From a bacterium (GTDB lineage Bacteria; Hinthialibacterota; Hinthialibacteria; Hinthialibacterales; Hinthialibacteraceae), in contig CAXXSM010000143.1 in NCBI GenBank assembly GCA_963663405.2, positions 23,751-87,750 of the forward strand: a stretch of DNA of 64,000 bases, given 5' to 3'. The notes beneath the pieces were generated by a model. The model saw nothing but the letters and a program-made list of their open reading frames with translations. It did not search any database and was not told where the DNA came from. Both the position numbers and the translations under genes were made by a program. This document shows positions 18,863 to 30,684 of this stretch, one piece after another (the first letter of the stretch is position 1; the number at the start of each line of letters is the position of its first letter).

Positions 18863-19990
18863 ATGTTCCACGACCGGATTCAACAACTGGCTCAAACAAT
18901 CGTCCATTATTCAACGAAAATCCAAGCGGGCGACATCGTCTTCATCCACGGCAAAGGATTCGAAACACGCGATTTAGCGGAAGCGGTTCTCGCCGAAACG
19001 GTGAAAACGGGGGGAATCCCCTATCTTTACTATGAAGATGATCGGGCTACACGGAGGCTGCTTCTAGATGGAACGGAAGAGACATTTAAAAAATTAGGTG
19101 ATTTTCTCCTGTTGCAGATGAAGCAAGCGCAAGTCTATGTGGGGATTCGTGGCGCTGACAATGTATTCGAACTGGCGGATGCGCCAAAAGAGAAGTTGAA
19201 ACTCTATGATAAATATATCGTTGGCCCCGTGCACTTGGAACAGCGCGTGAAACATACCCGCTGGTGTGTGATGCGGTATCCAAACGCGGCGATGTGCCAA
19301 TTGGCGCAGACATCATCGGAAGCGTTTGGAACCTTTTACTACGATGTCTGCTGTCTCGATTACGCGAAAATGTCCGAATCAGTCCAGCCCCTTGTGGAAT
19401 TGATGAAAAAAACGGATCGCGTCCGAATTGTCTCCCCTCAGACGGATCTACAGTTTTCCATTAACGAGATTCCCGTAATTCCCTGCTCCGGCACGCACAA
19501 TATCCCCGATGGAGAATGTTTCACAGCGCCGGTGCGTGAATCCATAAACGGAACCATCCGCTTCAACGCCCCCTCCGTGCATGAAGGGATTCTTTATAAC
19601 TACATCCAGCTGACCTTCAAAGATGGAAAAGCCATCGAGATGGATTCCGGCGCAAACACGGACCGGCTGCGCGGTGTGCTGACATCGGATGAAGGAGCGT
19701 CGTATGTTGGAGAATTCTCATTTGGATACAATCCCTACATTTTAACCCCTATGAAAGACACGCTCTTCGATGAAAAAATCGCCGGTTCGCTGCACTTGGC
19801 GATGGGTCAGGCATACGACGACGCGCCGAACGGGAATGAATCCACACTGCACTGGGATCTCGTATTGATCCAACGTTCGGAATATGGCGGAGGCGAAGTC
19901 TATTTCGACGATGTCCTGATTCGGAAAGATGGATTATTTATACTACCGGAATTGGAGAGGCTGAATCCAGAGAATCTTAAGACGGAATAA
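18863..19990 (+). CDS. ampS: Aminopeptidase, M29 family (AmpS/AmpT-like)
   Basis: NIPDGECFTAP, VGEFSFG, LFDEKIAGSLHLAMG, SxLHWD motifs. Confidence 0.92.
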   Translation: MFHDRIQQLAQTIVHYSTKIQAGDIVFIHGKGFETRDLAEAVLAETVKTGGIPYLYYEDDRATRRLLLDGTEETFKKLGDFLLLQMKQAQVYVGIRGADNVFELADAPKEKLKLYDKYIVGPVHLEQRVKHTRWCVMRYPNAAMCQLAQTSSEAFGTFYYDVCCLDYAKMSESVQPLVELMKKTDRVRIVSPQTDLQFSINEIPVIPCSGTHNIPDGECFTAPVRESINGTIRFNAPSVHEGILYNYIQLTFKDGKAIEMDSGANTDRLRGVLTSDEGASYVGEFSFGYNPYILTPMKDTLFDEKIAGSLHLAMGQAYDDAPNGNESTLHWDLVLIQRSEYGGGEVYFDDVLIRKDGLFILPELERLNPENLKTE

Positions 19991-20720
19991 CAATTCTTCC
20001 ATTCCGCATTTCGGGGACGAGATCGGTGGTGTCGAGTTTGACGCATTCGGGGAAGTCGTCTTCCAATTCGATTTCTTTGAGGTAGCGGCCGTGAGAAGAG
20101 CGTTCGATCATTTCGAGCAGGCGATACCGGTAGATTTCGAAGAGATCAAGGGCGGTGAGGGCCGCGTCGGTGAGTTCCACTTTCTTACCCGGCGGTTCCA
20201 GCATGGCGGCGATGATTCCCCCTAGACAGACAGTGTCTTCCAAGCAGTATTGTTCCTCTTTACCCGCCGAGACTAGGAGGATGGATGTGTCCCCATTCCG
20301 ATCCCAATTCCACAACCGTTCCGCGGTGGCGGAGCGGTTGGAGAAAGACGTGATTGTGATTCCCTTGGCATTTGAACAAGCGGCCAGGGCGCGGGTTCCG
20401 TTGGTGGTGAGGTGCACAATAGTCTTGCCTTTCACGACGGAAGACGCGTATTCGAGGGGGGAATTGCCTAGATCGTATCCAGGACGCCGGAATCCCTCTT
20501 TTTCTCCACACAGCAGAACCGGGATCCCCTGTTCCTGCAAGGTGGCGTATAGAGCGCGTGCGGCAGCGTCGTCAGGCTGAGGAAGCACCGCCGTGGCGCC
20601 GTTCGACAACGCTTTGATCGCTACCGTTGTGGCGCGCAGCACATCCGCCACTGCGACAATGGATTCACCCAACTCGCGCCGTTCAAGTTCCGTTCGTGTT
20701 AAAGCCACATCAATAAGCAC
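19977..20720 (-). CDS. comB: 2-phosphosulfolactate phosphatase family protein
   Basis: DVLRATT, LCGEKEG, DLGNSPLE, TTNGTRAL, LEDTVC motifs. Confidence 0.92.
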   Translation of the reverse strand: MLIDVALTRTELERRELGESIVAVADVLRATTVAIKALSNGATAVLPQPDDAAARALYATLQEQGIPVLLCGEKEGFRRPGYDLGNSPLEYASSVVKGKTIVHLTTNGTRALAACSNAKGITITSFSNRSATAERLWNWDRNGDTSILLVSAGKEEQYCLEDTVCLGGIIAAMLEPPGKKVELTDAALTALDLFEIYRYRLLEMIERSSHGRYLKEIELEDDFPECVKLDTTDLVPEMRNGRIVIPS

Positions 20721-20969
20721 AATCGATATCCCATTCCCATTTTTACGTTGTGATCACAACCATGAATGTTTATATACAACAATAATATTGATTCATTATA
20801 ATTCAATTATGCGGAAATCAACATACCCCATAGAGACATGGCGCCTCATTTTTTCAATTTAAAGAATAGGATTTGGTGTATCTTATCTTTTACGGCCTGG
20901 CGCTCTGTATTATTTTTCTTCGATCGCGTATGGTAAGTGGATACATAATTTGAATCTTGGAGGTATCTA

Positions 20970-22259
20970 ATGAACAGAAAACAAAGATGGACTTTACGTA
21001 TGGTTTTCGCTGTGGTTCTGCCACTGGTTATTCTCGTTTCCGCGCAGGCGCAGGATTCATGGAAAACGCAGGTGTTAGTCATCACCGGTGGACATGGATT
21101 TGAGCAGCGGGAATTTTTTGAACTGTTTGAAGGCTATGAAGACATCGAATATTCACAACTCGTCCACCCAATCGCAAACGAAATCTATACGAACGGCATG
21201 GCGATGAAGTTTGATGTCATCGCTCTCTACGATCTTTGGCAGCCGATTACGGACGCGCAGAAAGAAGGATTGATCGATTACCTGAAAGCAGGTAAAGGAC
21301 TGGTGGTTCTGCATCATGCTATAGCGAATTATCAAGACTGGCCGGAATTCTTGGAGATCGTTGGTGGAACCTATATTCTGAGCGAGGAAGGGCGTGAGAT
21401 TAAAGGCAAAAATTATAAACAGTCAACTTACAAACATGGCGTGGATATGCCGATCCAAGTTGTTGACCAAATTCACCCGATCACACGGGGCATCAAAGAT
21501 TATATGATTCACGATGAAACATACGGCGGCATGTATGTAAAGCCTTGTGTGAATGTTCTATTAAAATCAGATTCGCCAACCAGTTCGCCTATCGTCGCCT
21601 GGGCGAAAAATTACGGAGCGGGCCGGGTAGCGGCCATTCAAGGTGGACACGATTCTCTCGCCTATAAAAACGAGAATTATCGGAAATTAGTCGCGCAGGC
21701 GATTCGCTGGGCGGCGAAACGTCCACCGTTGGAAATTCTATTCAATGGGGAAGATCTTTCCGGCTGGGAAGCGGAAGGCGAGGCCCGCTGGTCAGTGAAA
21801 GACGGGTCTCTAATCGGCGAACAAGGCCCAAATGGAGAAGCGGGGGATCTGTTCACAAAAGATGTATACCGCAATTTTGAACTGACGGTGGAATATCAAG
21901 TGAAATGGCCCGCGAACAGTGGGATCTGGTTCCGTTATCAAAACGCCCGGAACGCGTATCAGGCGGATATTTTGGAATGGAAAGATCCGGAATGCTGGTC
22001 GGGATCTCTTTATTGCTGTGGGAAAATGTTTTTAACGATGAACGAAGATCCAAAATTGGAGCGGAAGGATTGCTGGAACACGTTTGTCGTGCGCTGTGTG
22101 GATGAACACATCCAAATCTTCTTGAATGGAACGAAGGTGTCCGACACATGTGACCGCAGCAACGGATATGGAAAGATCGGCGTTCAAATCCACGCAGGCG
22201 ATCAATATAAGGGGATGGCGATTAAAATCCGGAAAGCGGAGTTGGTTCCATTGAATTGA
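20970..22259 (+). CDS. Secreted ThuA-like + DUF1080 (3-keto-disaccharide hydrolase) protein
   Basis: Signal peptide AQA; TGGHGF, GLVVLHHA, HDETY; then LFNGEDLSGW, NSGIWFR, GKIGVQIH. Confidence 0.9.
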   Translation: MNRKQRWTLRMVFAVVLPLVILVSAQAQDSWKTQVLVITGGHGFEQREFFELFEGYEDIEYSQLVHPIANEIYTNGMAMKFDVIALYDLWQPITDAQKEGLIDYLKAGKGLVVLHHAIANYQDWPEFLEIVGGTYILSEEGREIKGKNYKQSTYKHGVDMPIQVVDQIHPITRGIKDYMIHDETYGGMYVKPCVNVLLKSDSPTSSPIVAWAKNYGAGRVAAIQGGHDSLAYKNENYRKLVAQAIRWAAKRPPLEILFNGEDLSGWEAEGEARWSVKDGSLIGEQGPNGEAGDLFTKDVYRNFELTVEYQVKWPANSGIWFRYQNARNAYQADILEWKDPECWSGSLYCCGKMFLTMNEDPKLERKDCWNTFVVRCVDEHIQIFLNGTKVSDTCDRSNGYGKIGVQIHAGDQYKGMAIKIRKAELVPLN

Positions 22260-22427
22260 TTCCTTCATTATGAAGAAATGTGTGGAATTATGCCAGGATA
22301 GAATAAAGCCTTATCCTGGGTACCCAGATTGAAAGTGGATTTGGTTCCGTTGAATAGATTTCTTCGCTATGAAGAAAATGTGTGGAATTAAGCCAGGATA
22401 GAATAAAGCCTTATCCTGGGCGCCCTG
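22232..22427 (+). repeat. About 100-bp tandem duplication containing the last codons of the upstream gene and a family B right hairpin
   Basis: gaaagcggagttggttccattgaat... at 22232 vs gaaagtggatttggttccgttgaat... at 22331; both end gccaggatagaataaagccttatcctggg. Confidence 0.85.
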
Positions 22428-22439
22428 GAAGAAACGAGA

Positions 22440-22592
22440 GGGTAGCAAAGGCAAGTACCGGCGCAAGCGCCGGAGCTTTTAATTTCATCTGCCTTTGCCT
22501 TATTCCATACGACTTTTGAATAGCGCAGTTTTCTGATTTTAAAATTTCGTGCGATTTATGCCAGGGTAGAAAGAGCCTTACCCTGGGCGCCC
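22440..22592 (+). repeat. Dispersed structured element family B, full copy
   Basis: gggtagcaaaggcaag-taccggcg..cgccgg-..tctgcctttgc ... ttatgccagggtagaaagagccttaccctggg. Confidence 0.8.
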
Positions 22593-22617
22593 TTGGTGGT
22601 TGATATTGGCTAATACG

Positions 22618-22651
22618 AAACGGGGCGCTATGATACGCGCCCCGTTTTTTC
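22618..22651. terminator. Intrinsic terminator between convergent genes
   Basis: aaacggggcgc-tatgatac-gcgccccgtttttt. Confidence 0.8.
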
Positions 22652-22680
22652 TATTCTGTTTTTTAAGTGTGCAGGAAGTT

Positions 22681-24000
22681 CTATTCAAGTCGTTCTTTGA
22701 AATAGAGGTTCGTCCGGATATCGGGCCGGAAGCCCCGATCCCCCGCTTTTCTCCCGGCGGCGTAGTTTTGGGCGGCGTTGAAAGAACCGGTTGTGCCAGT
22801 AAGCGGAGACGTAGGATCGATCCTCATGACAATAGGCACAACACCCCGGATTTCCTGGCGTTGTTGATGCCCCTGCGCGCTGGCTTCATACCGGATATCA
22901 ACAATAACGCGGACAATGCCGTCAAAAGATTTTCTGGGGACAAAGTAGATCGCCTTGTCATCATAATCCTCATAAGGCTGCCAATTCTGATGAATTTCCT
23001 GGTTTGTGCCACTCCCCATGAGTTCGTAAAGCCCTCCCACATCCGTCGCCTCGCCGCTCGTGTCGATGGTGAATTTCACTTGGGCGTCATCATCAACCGC
23101 CGCGACATCAATTTTCTCTCCATCGGATCCAACCACTTGGAATTCCAGCAGTGTTTGTTTTTTCTGGCGGTTGGCCAGGAGAAAATCGTCAGGGCTGACC
23201 AGCAGCATCGGTGGATTGGCGAGAATCTGGACGGAGTTGGACACCAACGCCGGTGTAGGCGTCGGAGTCGCTGTACCCGGAAGTAATGTCGGTGTAGGCG
23301 TTGGGCTGGGGCCTTCGGTGGCTGTCGGCGCCGGCGTATTTTCGATGGTGGGCGTTGGGGTAGGCGTGTCGTCATCATTCCCGCCGGTGAGATTGGGAAC
23401 AACCTCTAGATTGTCGATAAAAGCCAATCCTTCCCCTTCATAGCTGATCACGATCAGGCTGTTATTCATCGAGGTATCAATGAAGATATCTGAAATCGAA
23501 AATGATCTGCTGTACACAGAATCAGATCTATTTTCCGGTCTATAGTATGTATTTCCTCCAACAGTGATTTTAAGGCGCCCACCCGCTGGAACTATGGCGC
23601 AAAATCGAATGTCAAACCGCGTGTATCCGACCGGATTCCGGCCCGAGCTAAGGACCTGAGAGATGGAGGCGCCCGAACTGAGTTCCACGACAAAGTTTAC
23701 GCTTTCATCCGCGTTTACCTGCTCGCGTAGAATACCGCCGTTGGAGGAACTTCCCGGTCCCCAGTTCGATGGTTCCAAGCCATCCTGGGAATACGAGTCG
23801 AAATCGCCGTTTATGACAATAGACTGATCATCATCGACACTGCTGTAACAAAACGAATCGAATAAGGGAATCGATGTCGCTGTCGGTGTCGGCGTCAGTT
23901 CAACCTGGGCGAATCCAGCAAGTGGATAGATAATGAATAACGCGATTATGAGAACGTATTGTTGGGACCGTTTCACGATGACGTACCCCTTTCGTGACAT
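22681..24000 (-). CDS. Secreted protein with CBM-like beta-sandwich, Pro-Thr linker and unknown C-terminal domain
   Basis: Signal peptide ending GFA-Q; INGDFD...FIDNLEV jelly-roll-like motifs; TPTPTPT linker. Confidence 0.75.
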   Translation of the reverse strand: MSRKGYVIVKRSQQYVLIIALFIIYPLAGFAQVELTPTPTATSIPLFDSFCYSSVDDDQSIVINGDFDSYSQDGLEPSNWGPGSSSNGGILREQVNADESVNFVVELSSGASISQVLSSGRNPVGYTRFDIRFCAIVPAGGRLKITVGGNTYYRPENRSDSVYSRSFSISDIFIDTSMNNSLIVISYEGEGLAFIDNLEVVPNLTGGNDDDTPTPTPTIENTPAPTATEGPSPTPTPTLLPGTATPTPTPALVSNSVQILANPPMLLVSPDDFLLANRQKKQTLLEFQVVGSDGEKIDVAAVDDDAQVKFTIDTSGEATDVGGLYELMGSGTNQEIHQNWQPYEDYDDKAIYFVPRKSFDGIVRVIVDIRYEASAQGHQQRQEIRGVVPIVMRIDPTSPLTGTTGSFNAAQNYAAGRKAGDRGFRPDIRTNLYFKERLE

Positions 24001-24070
24001 CTTTCTATATATAGTATACTCTTGCCTGTTGCTCTCTCAAATCGTTTGAATGAATCAATCAACGTGTCCG

Positions 24071-27000
24071 TTACCGTTGATAGACGGCTTCGAATTTACG
24101 CTGGGCTTCTACATTTTGATCTTGATCGAAGATCTGGCCAAGGGTTTTTATCCCGAACGTCCGGGAACGGACCGTGATCAGGTTTGAAATCCGGTTCATC
24201 AGCGCTTCCATGTCTTCCGTCGTCATGCGGCGATTCAATTCACGATTGAGCCGTTCACGCAAATCTCCTTGCGCGTTGATTTTCAGATCGCCGGTCCGAT
24301 CCCAGCGCTGTAAGAGCCGTTCGGAACAGCGTTCCCGCCGTCTGAGATGAGTGAGCTGCGCGAGCAGTGTTCCAATATCGGCATAAGGGCCATCGTCGGG
24401 ATCAGAAACGATCGTCACTGGATACGCGAATTGATCGAAACTCGCCTCGCTTTTTCCACTCACGTCGGTTGGAGAGATATTGTAAAGATCCAAGATGGCT
24501 TTGATATCCTCGAATTCTTTGAAATCCCGCTCATCTGCGCGCCCCGTGCTGCGGAATTTATATTCCGTCATCACATCGACGGCGTTTTTCACACTCCGGG
24601 AGAGAAACGCTTCTAGGAATTTATCATCATCAAGGTTATGAACGCCAAAGAACATATCATGCCCACCGGGCTGCCGGCCTTCAATGATGAAGTCAGACAC
24701 AATTGAATTGAAGAAATGACGCTGTTGGAGCGTTTCCGGCTTGCCTGCGCGATCCAATGGAGTGGAGGGCAGCGCGGAAAGCGCCTCTCGCGGCGCAGTG
24801 TTGATATTGACCAAACCCGGCACAATCCCGTTTTCGGCCGTTGTAATCATGTTGTAAATCTGCGTGTATTGATTTTCCCACTGATCCAATCGTTCACGCT
24901 GGGCCAATTGAATGCGGTAATCATTTCTGGATCGGCCCAGCGCCGCCAGTTGGGGATTGGAGATGATCCGCTGGGAGTCGATCGCGATATCTTCCAACCG
25001 TTGGGGAATAATGGGTGTGTTGATTGTTTCGAATTTATTCCCCGTGAAGAGACGCGAAATTTCGCCCACGGTCGCCAATGGCCCATTCTTTACGTAAGCG
25101 GTGTTGTCGATGATATCGTATCGATCGCGCCGTTTGTCAACCAGATCCATACGCTGACGCGGATAGGCGGGCACGTAACCTGTGTTATCCCACCCTGGCG
25201 TTCCGGCCAGCAAGGAGCGCAGTTCGTTCGCGTTATCCGTATCTTGGTTGTCAGCGCGGCCCCGGCCAAAGAGTTCGATTCCCCGGAAGAAATAGTTATC
25301 GTCACCCATACTCGTCAAATTGTAATACCCCTGCGGATCCGGCGCCAAGGGCTGACCATCCGGCATCAACGTTGTAACGGCTAGATCAGGGCGGTCTTCT
25401 GGATAAATCCAACCGGCGTTGCGACGGCCACTACCTATCGATTGAAATTCCGGCGAGAGATCGCGTGTGGTTTTCCGCATGATGACAGCGATTTCGATAA
25501 TGGGTTCATCCATATCCGCGTTCGGCCATCCATTCCGCAGCGAGTCGAAGGACTTGCGCAGATCAATTGTAAAGGCGGTGTCTCCATTGCGCAGTTTGGC
25601 GAATACCGGTTTACGATCGCCGTTGATTGAATAAATATGTTTGGGATTCTCGTTGGCTTCCTGCGGCTCTGCATCTTCGATATCATTCTCACCAGGATTA
25701 AGAATCCGGTAGACCGGCGTAACCATCACTTCACCGACGGGAAGGTCCACATCATATTCAATACCGGTTCGATCGATATACTTACGTCCGAGAACGCGAA
25801 CGGTGAGTTGATCGTCCACCATCGGATCGTATCCAGCGCGGATAAATTCCCGTAATCCCATGCGCCAGATAAAAGCGGTTAACGGGGCTTCTGTTTCGAC
25901 GCGGATTCGATATTCATCCAGTGTTTCTCTCGATTCCGGCGCGATTTCAGTCGCGTTTTCGAATCCACCCAATTGCTTATAGAAACGATTCAATTGTCCA
26001 CTCGACGGAACCGCTTCCGACGCGATCGCGTTGAGATTTTTCCATAAGTTGAAACGGTCTTCATCCGCCGCTTCTTTGGGATACTGGTACCGGTCTCCAA
26101 TGAAGTCCCAGCCGTTCCAATGCGCGTCGAACGAGGGAACCGGATTCGTGTCGATGAAGCGGGTGATCCGCGAGTTACTTGGATCCTTCATGTTTCCAGA
26201 GCCACCGATGCGGCCGCGTGTAATTTTTCCATCCGAGAGGGCCACTTCAGTGACGATCGCGTTTTTTGCGTCCAATTTCATGGTCGGAACCGCGCGCCGG
26301 CCTTTCACCTCTCTGTTTTCCACATACAACTCGGTCTCAAAGTATGTGGGATCGGTCCGTTCGAAACTTTCGAATCCACGGTAGCCGGGCGCAACCAACA
26401 GATCGAGGGAATCGGCATTGCCTGGAATTTCCACGACAACATTATTGAACGTCGTGCGATATTTGAACGAATCGAGATAATTCCCCGCCGGATCGTATAG
26501 CGTGACGTATTTGTCTTCGGGATTGTAGGTTAAGACATCTTCCTCCACATCGAAGAGACGGAATTTTGTGTCGCTCTCTTTCGCGAGTGGAAACACAGCG
26601 CTATCCGGCCGGCGGATGCTGGCCATGATATTTGAGAATTCGAGTTCCGCCATTTCCGGTTCCACGATGCGCTCATCAATATCTGTGACATAGGGATAGT
26701 GCTTCTGGATAAACTCACTTAGTGACGATTTGTCAAATGCAAGGAGCAATTTATTGTCTTCCATTAATAGGTCCTTGCCAGACAGTGTTGTATTCGTCTG
26801 TTGAGAAGCAATAAGTGGCTCATAGGGCACGCCTGTTCCTTCCATGCCTTCGTTGGCTTGAATATCTCTTCCATCATCATCTTCCCATGTGGGTTTCATG
26901 CGTTTGATAATGGAATTATCGGGCAGGATGTAGTGCCCATAAGGCGTATTGATAGTATATCCGGTCAGATCGATGTCATCGCTGGACAGATTGACCAATT

Positions 27001-30000
27001 CCACATATTGGACACGGGGATTGATCAACTCGATCCGGTCGAACGATGTGCCGTAATATGCGTCTGTCAATGGCGCGTTCGCTTGGATGGTCACCTCAAG
27101 ACGTCCGTTATCCCCGATGCGCACCCGCTGCGCGGAACTGGAGTAACGGCGCGCGTTAGGCGCGGGGAAGGGTGTCAATCGATAATTAAGCTTGAATGCT
27201 GTTGTGGCTAACTGGGCGGTGGTTTTATCGATCACCAGCTGACCGGCGGCTGTCGCCGCGTCACCCACAAAAATTCCCCACCGCGCCATACGCGTGGTCT
27301 GAGCGGAATGTAATTTCCTGCCTTCCCGAGCCGCCGCTGAAGAAATATTTCACTTCTTCGCTGGGCCGGTATTGGTGATAAGGGCTGAGGTAGATTACGA
27401 CGTCATACAAGCCCGCCGGGATATTTTCAAAAACCCAAACCGCTTCTTCCACTCCCTGCGAGCCGACTTTCACGGGATCGTTAGCCGCCGGGACCTGGGT
27501 GTTGGTGACGGAGAAGATAAACGCAGGCGCGAGAATATCCATATTCACGACCGGCAGAAATGTATGTACTGTATCCCGGAAGCCCTGGGGAAGGAACATA
27601 TATCCTGGAACTGGATTGGCGGCCGAACCTTGCGCGGCGCCCGACGCGATCGGTCCCCAGTTCGTGTCAACGGGTCCCTGTACGTTCGGACTTCCGCTGA
27701 CTTTCTGTCCATCGTCCTGATTACCCGAAACGAGAGTGAAACGGCTGCTGGGTTGAATGGAGAGAGGCTTGCGCCGGTCATCCGGATCGTATGTCACCTC
27801 TTCCAGTGTTTCTTCCGCTTCCAGGCGGATGACGGGTTTCGCCATGACTTCGTTAATCCGGATGGCTTCTACTCCTTCATAGCTAGTAGACATGCCCGTC
27901 TGCGGTGGATTGGGGAGCAGCATCCGCATTTGTTCGGTGAAGTCCATCCGTTTGCGGCTTCGGTTGTCAATACCGATGAGAAGCCGGGGGTGCATGGCGA
28001 ATTCACGCTGGCGTGTGGTAAAGAGATCAAAACTGCGCCGGGTTACTGGATCCGCCAGGACGGCGTCGTCCTTGTTCGATCCAAGGGCTCTCATAACATC
28101 GGGATCGTTGGCGACTTTGAAGGGCGCCCAGGCGTCCACGAAATCGAGCAGGTTCAAGGCGATTTGGAATTCGGGCGGATCTTCATCCATGCGCCCGTCT
28201 TCATCATCATCGAAACAGGCGATATACCGTTCCCCGATTTCGTCCACTTCGCCATCCCCATCGTTGTCCACGCCGTCCAATTCGGGCGCGTACATGGCGC
28301 CGAGGACTTGGGGATCGTAGAAGTCCGCGAAACTGTCACCATCGTCATCAGCGAAACTGGTACGATGCTTGGCGGTCGCGTCGTTGTTCAACTTACGTTC
28401 CTTCACGATATCGCCTTCCGCCGAATCTTCCCCTTCCTGTTCGGGATCGCCTCCGATTCCAGGATAGCCGTCGGCGCTCAAGTCACCATACGCGTCTTCA
28501 CTGACGTGCCATTCGGGATCGTAGGAGAGCAGGTGATCGTGGTTGAAATCACCGTCGTCATCGATGAGGTTATCCCCATCGCTGTCCACCCCGTCGCCTT
28601 CCACGACCATTCCCGCGCGGATTTCCTGGTCTTTCTCGTCACGCGGGCGGGTTCGATCTTCCCCGAGAACGCGTAGACGGCCTACGATCCCCTGACTGGC
28701 GGATTGCCGCACTTCATCCCGCCGTTCTCCATCGCCATCATCATCCTGCCCATTGAACGCGACAGAAGGGGAACCAACGTCCGGTTCACCATAGCCGTCA
28801 AAATCACCGCTGGGGTAGAAATTCCCATCCCAGTCGTCGGAGGTTTCATCGATAAATCCATCGCCGTCGTCGTCTTCGCCGTTGGGGACGCCATTTTTGA
28901 CATCCGGTTCGGCTTCGGATTGCCAATCGCCGTCGTTATCCACTTGAATGGCCAAGAGGTCTTCGAGACGGACAGGCGGGCTGTATTGGAAGTCCGACCG
29001 GTTTTCCCGTTTCGAGGATCCCTCATCCCAAATATCCGACGCGCGCCAATTGGCGCTCAGGTTAGGATTGATCTTCGCGATTTCGTTGTTTTTCCCACTC
29101 AAGGGACCGGAGATTTCATCGGATTGACTGTAAATCGTGGTCGAATCCCGCAGGATTTCAAAGAGAGTGGGGAGCATTTCATTTTTAGGATCGATCGCGG
29201 CGTTTTGTGTATTGCGCATCAAACCGACGAGGAGCAGATCATCGACGGTGGAATAGGGCCGGTCATCTCCCTTGGGATTGAAGACGCTGAATTCAGAAGG
29301 ATCATCGATACCTTCATTTTGTTCATCGATGTACCCGTCTCCATCATCGTCGATTTTATTACCGGGGCGGAAATCCTCGGCTTTTTCAGGATTGCTATTA
29401 ATCGGGCCATTGATTCCCGAACCGGCGGTGTTGACCGTGGAGGGACCAATGTACCGTTCATCTTCTTCGTTGTACAAACCATCTTCATCATTATCTACAC
29501 CGTCTCCGGTGACGGCGAACGGCTCCCCATCGAATTGCGAGGTGCGATACGCGTCACTATATTCTTTGACGGTGACAATACGAGGGTTGTTATTGCCATT
29601 GTCATCCACTTTTTCGACGCCGGGATACCGCAAACTTTTCCCCCCGTCGGACACCGATCCATACCGGAGATTGACAATGTTCATCGCCAACTCTTCCGCT
29701 TGTTTCAGATTGAAGGTACGGTTGCTTCCACTGGATGTGCGGTAGTTGACGATCCGGTTGTATAAGAAAAGAGGAAGATCTAATTCCGCCGGGGAGAGAC
29801 CAAGGTTATAAGTGAAACCGCCGCCGATGCCGTAATTGTTTCCCACGACGTTGATGTTGATCTTGGCGTTTTCATCAAAAACGCCTAATGAATCGCCATC
29901 CGCGTCATATCCAGTGCCGGGTGGGAAAGGCACGGCGCCTTGGTTGTCGGGCCTTCGCAGATCGTAACCATCTTCATTCACTTGCCAGTCTTCGTCGTCA

Positions 30001-30605
30001 TCTTCGGTCATATCAGACTGACCGTCGTCATCCACGTTCCCATCCAGGTTGTCGTCAATCCCCTTGAGACCGGGAGCTCCATCCCCTTTGGCGGCTGAGG
30101 TGGTTTGACGGATTCCTGTGAGATCAAGGTTTGTTCCCGTTACATCACCCTCGGGATCTTCATCAATCCCGAGTGGGATCGGTGTGGGGTAGACCCGCAC
30201 GATCCGCCTCCGGTTTGGCAATGGACGGTTATCGACGAGATGGCTGCGGGCGTCGTAGGTCAGATTATCCCCCACGCGTCCGGCGTAGCCAACCGCCCAG
30301 GGATCGAGGAGGGAGACATAGCGGGGCTGCGGACGTCCCAGAACGATATGTTCCTTGCTGGGATCCAGGTCTTTCTCCACTTGGCTCAACACCCCTTGAA
30401 TGGCCGCTTCGGCGAATTCATGCACGTTGACCGTCGTAGCGTACCGCTGGACGGTAATTTCTTCCATGCGGAGCGTATAGGTAAATCCGACCAAGATTAA
30501 GGCGAATATGGAAAGCAGGGCCAGGACGGTCAACAGCGCGACGCCCTTTTCCTCCGGCTTTCCATGTGGTTTTGTTTTTTGGGAGAAGAATCGTATCGTA
30601 TTCAT
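24071..30605 (-). CDS. Giant GspK/PilX-like minor pseudopilin (about 2,177 aa; +1 frameshift in a T5 run near 27270)
   Basis: KG-VALLTVLALL N-terminus, DENAKININ, GLVNINTAPREALSALP, C-terminal NLITVRSRTFGIKTLG; removing one T joins AVGNF to VGDAATAAG. Confidence 0.8.
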
Positions 30606-30684
30606 GGCTCAAACCTGCCTTTTTACGTTTTCTCAAGCGGCGTTTCGTTCTATGAAAATCGGTCAATGAATAGTACTAACCGTC

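Noticed and set aside
22440-22500. Family B left arm (GGCAAGTACCGGCGCAAGCGCCGG) as a riboswitch
   Set aside because: Copies lie at 3' ends and in mixed gene contexts, and conserved riboswitch nucleotides are missing; treated as a dispersed repeat
27261-27289. Programmed ribosomal frameshift or two separate genes in the GspK-like locus
   Set aside because: The same +1 homopolymer pattern occurs in many unrelated genes, and the N- and C-terminal GspK motifs need one chain
27372-29765. Long + strand ORFs (434 aa, 353 aa) and similar ORFs at 22600, 24716, 32146 and 45720
   Set aside because: Antisense shadows of well-supported genes, with no recognisable motifs or RBS
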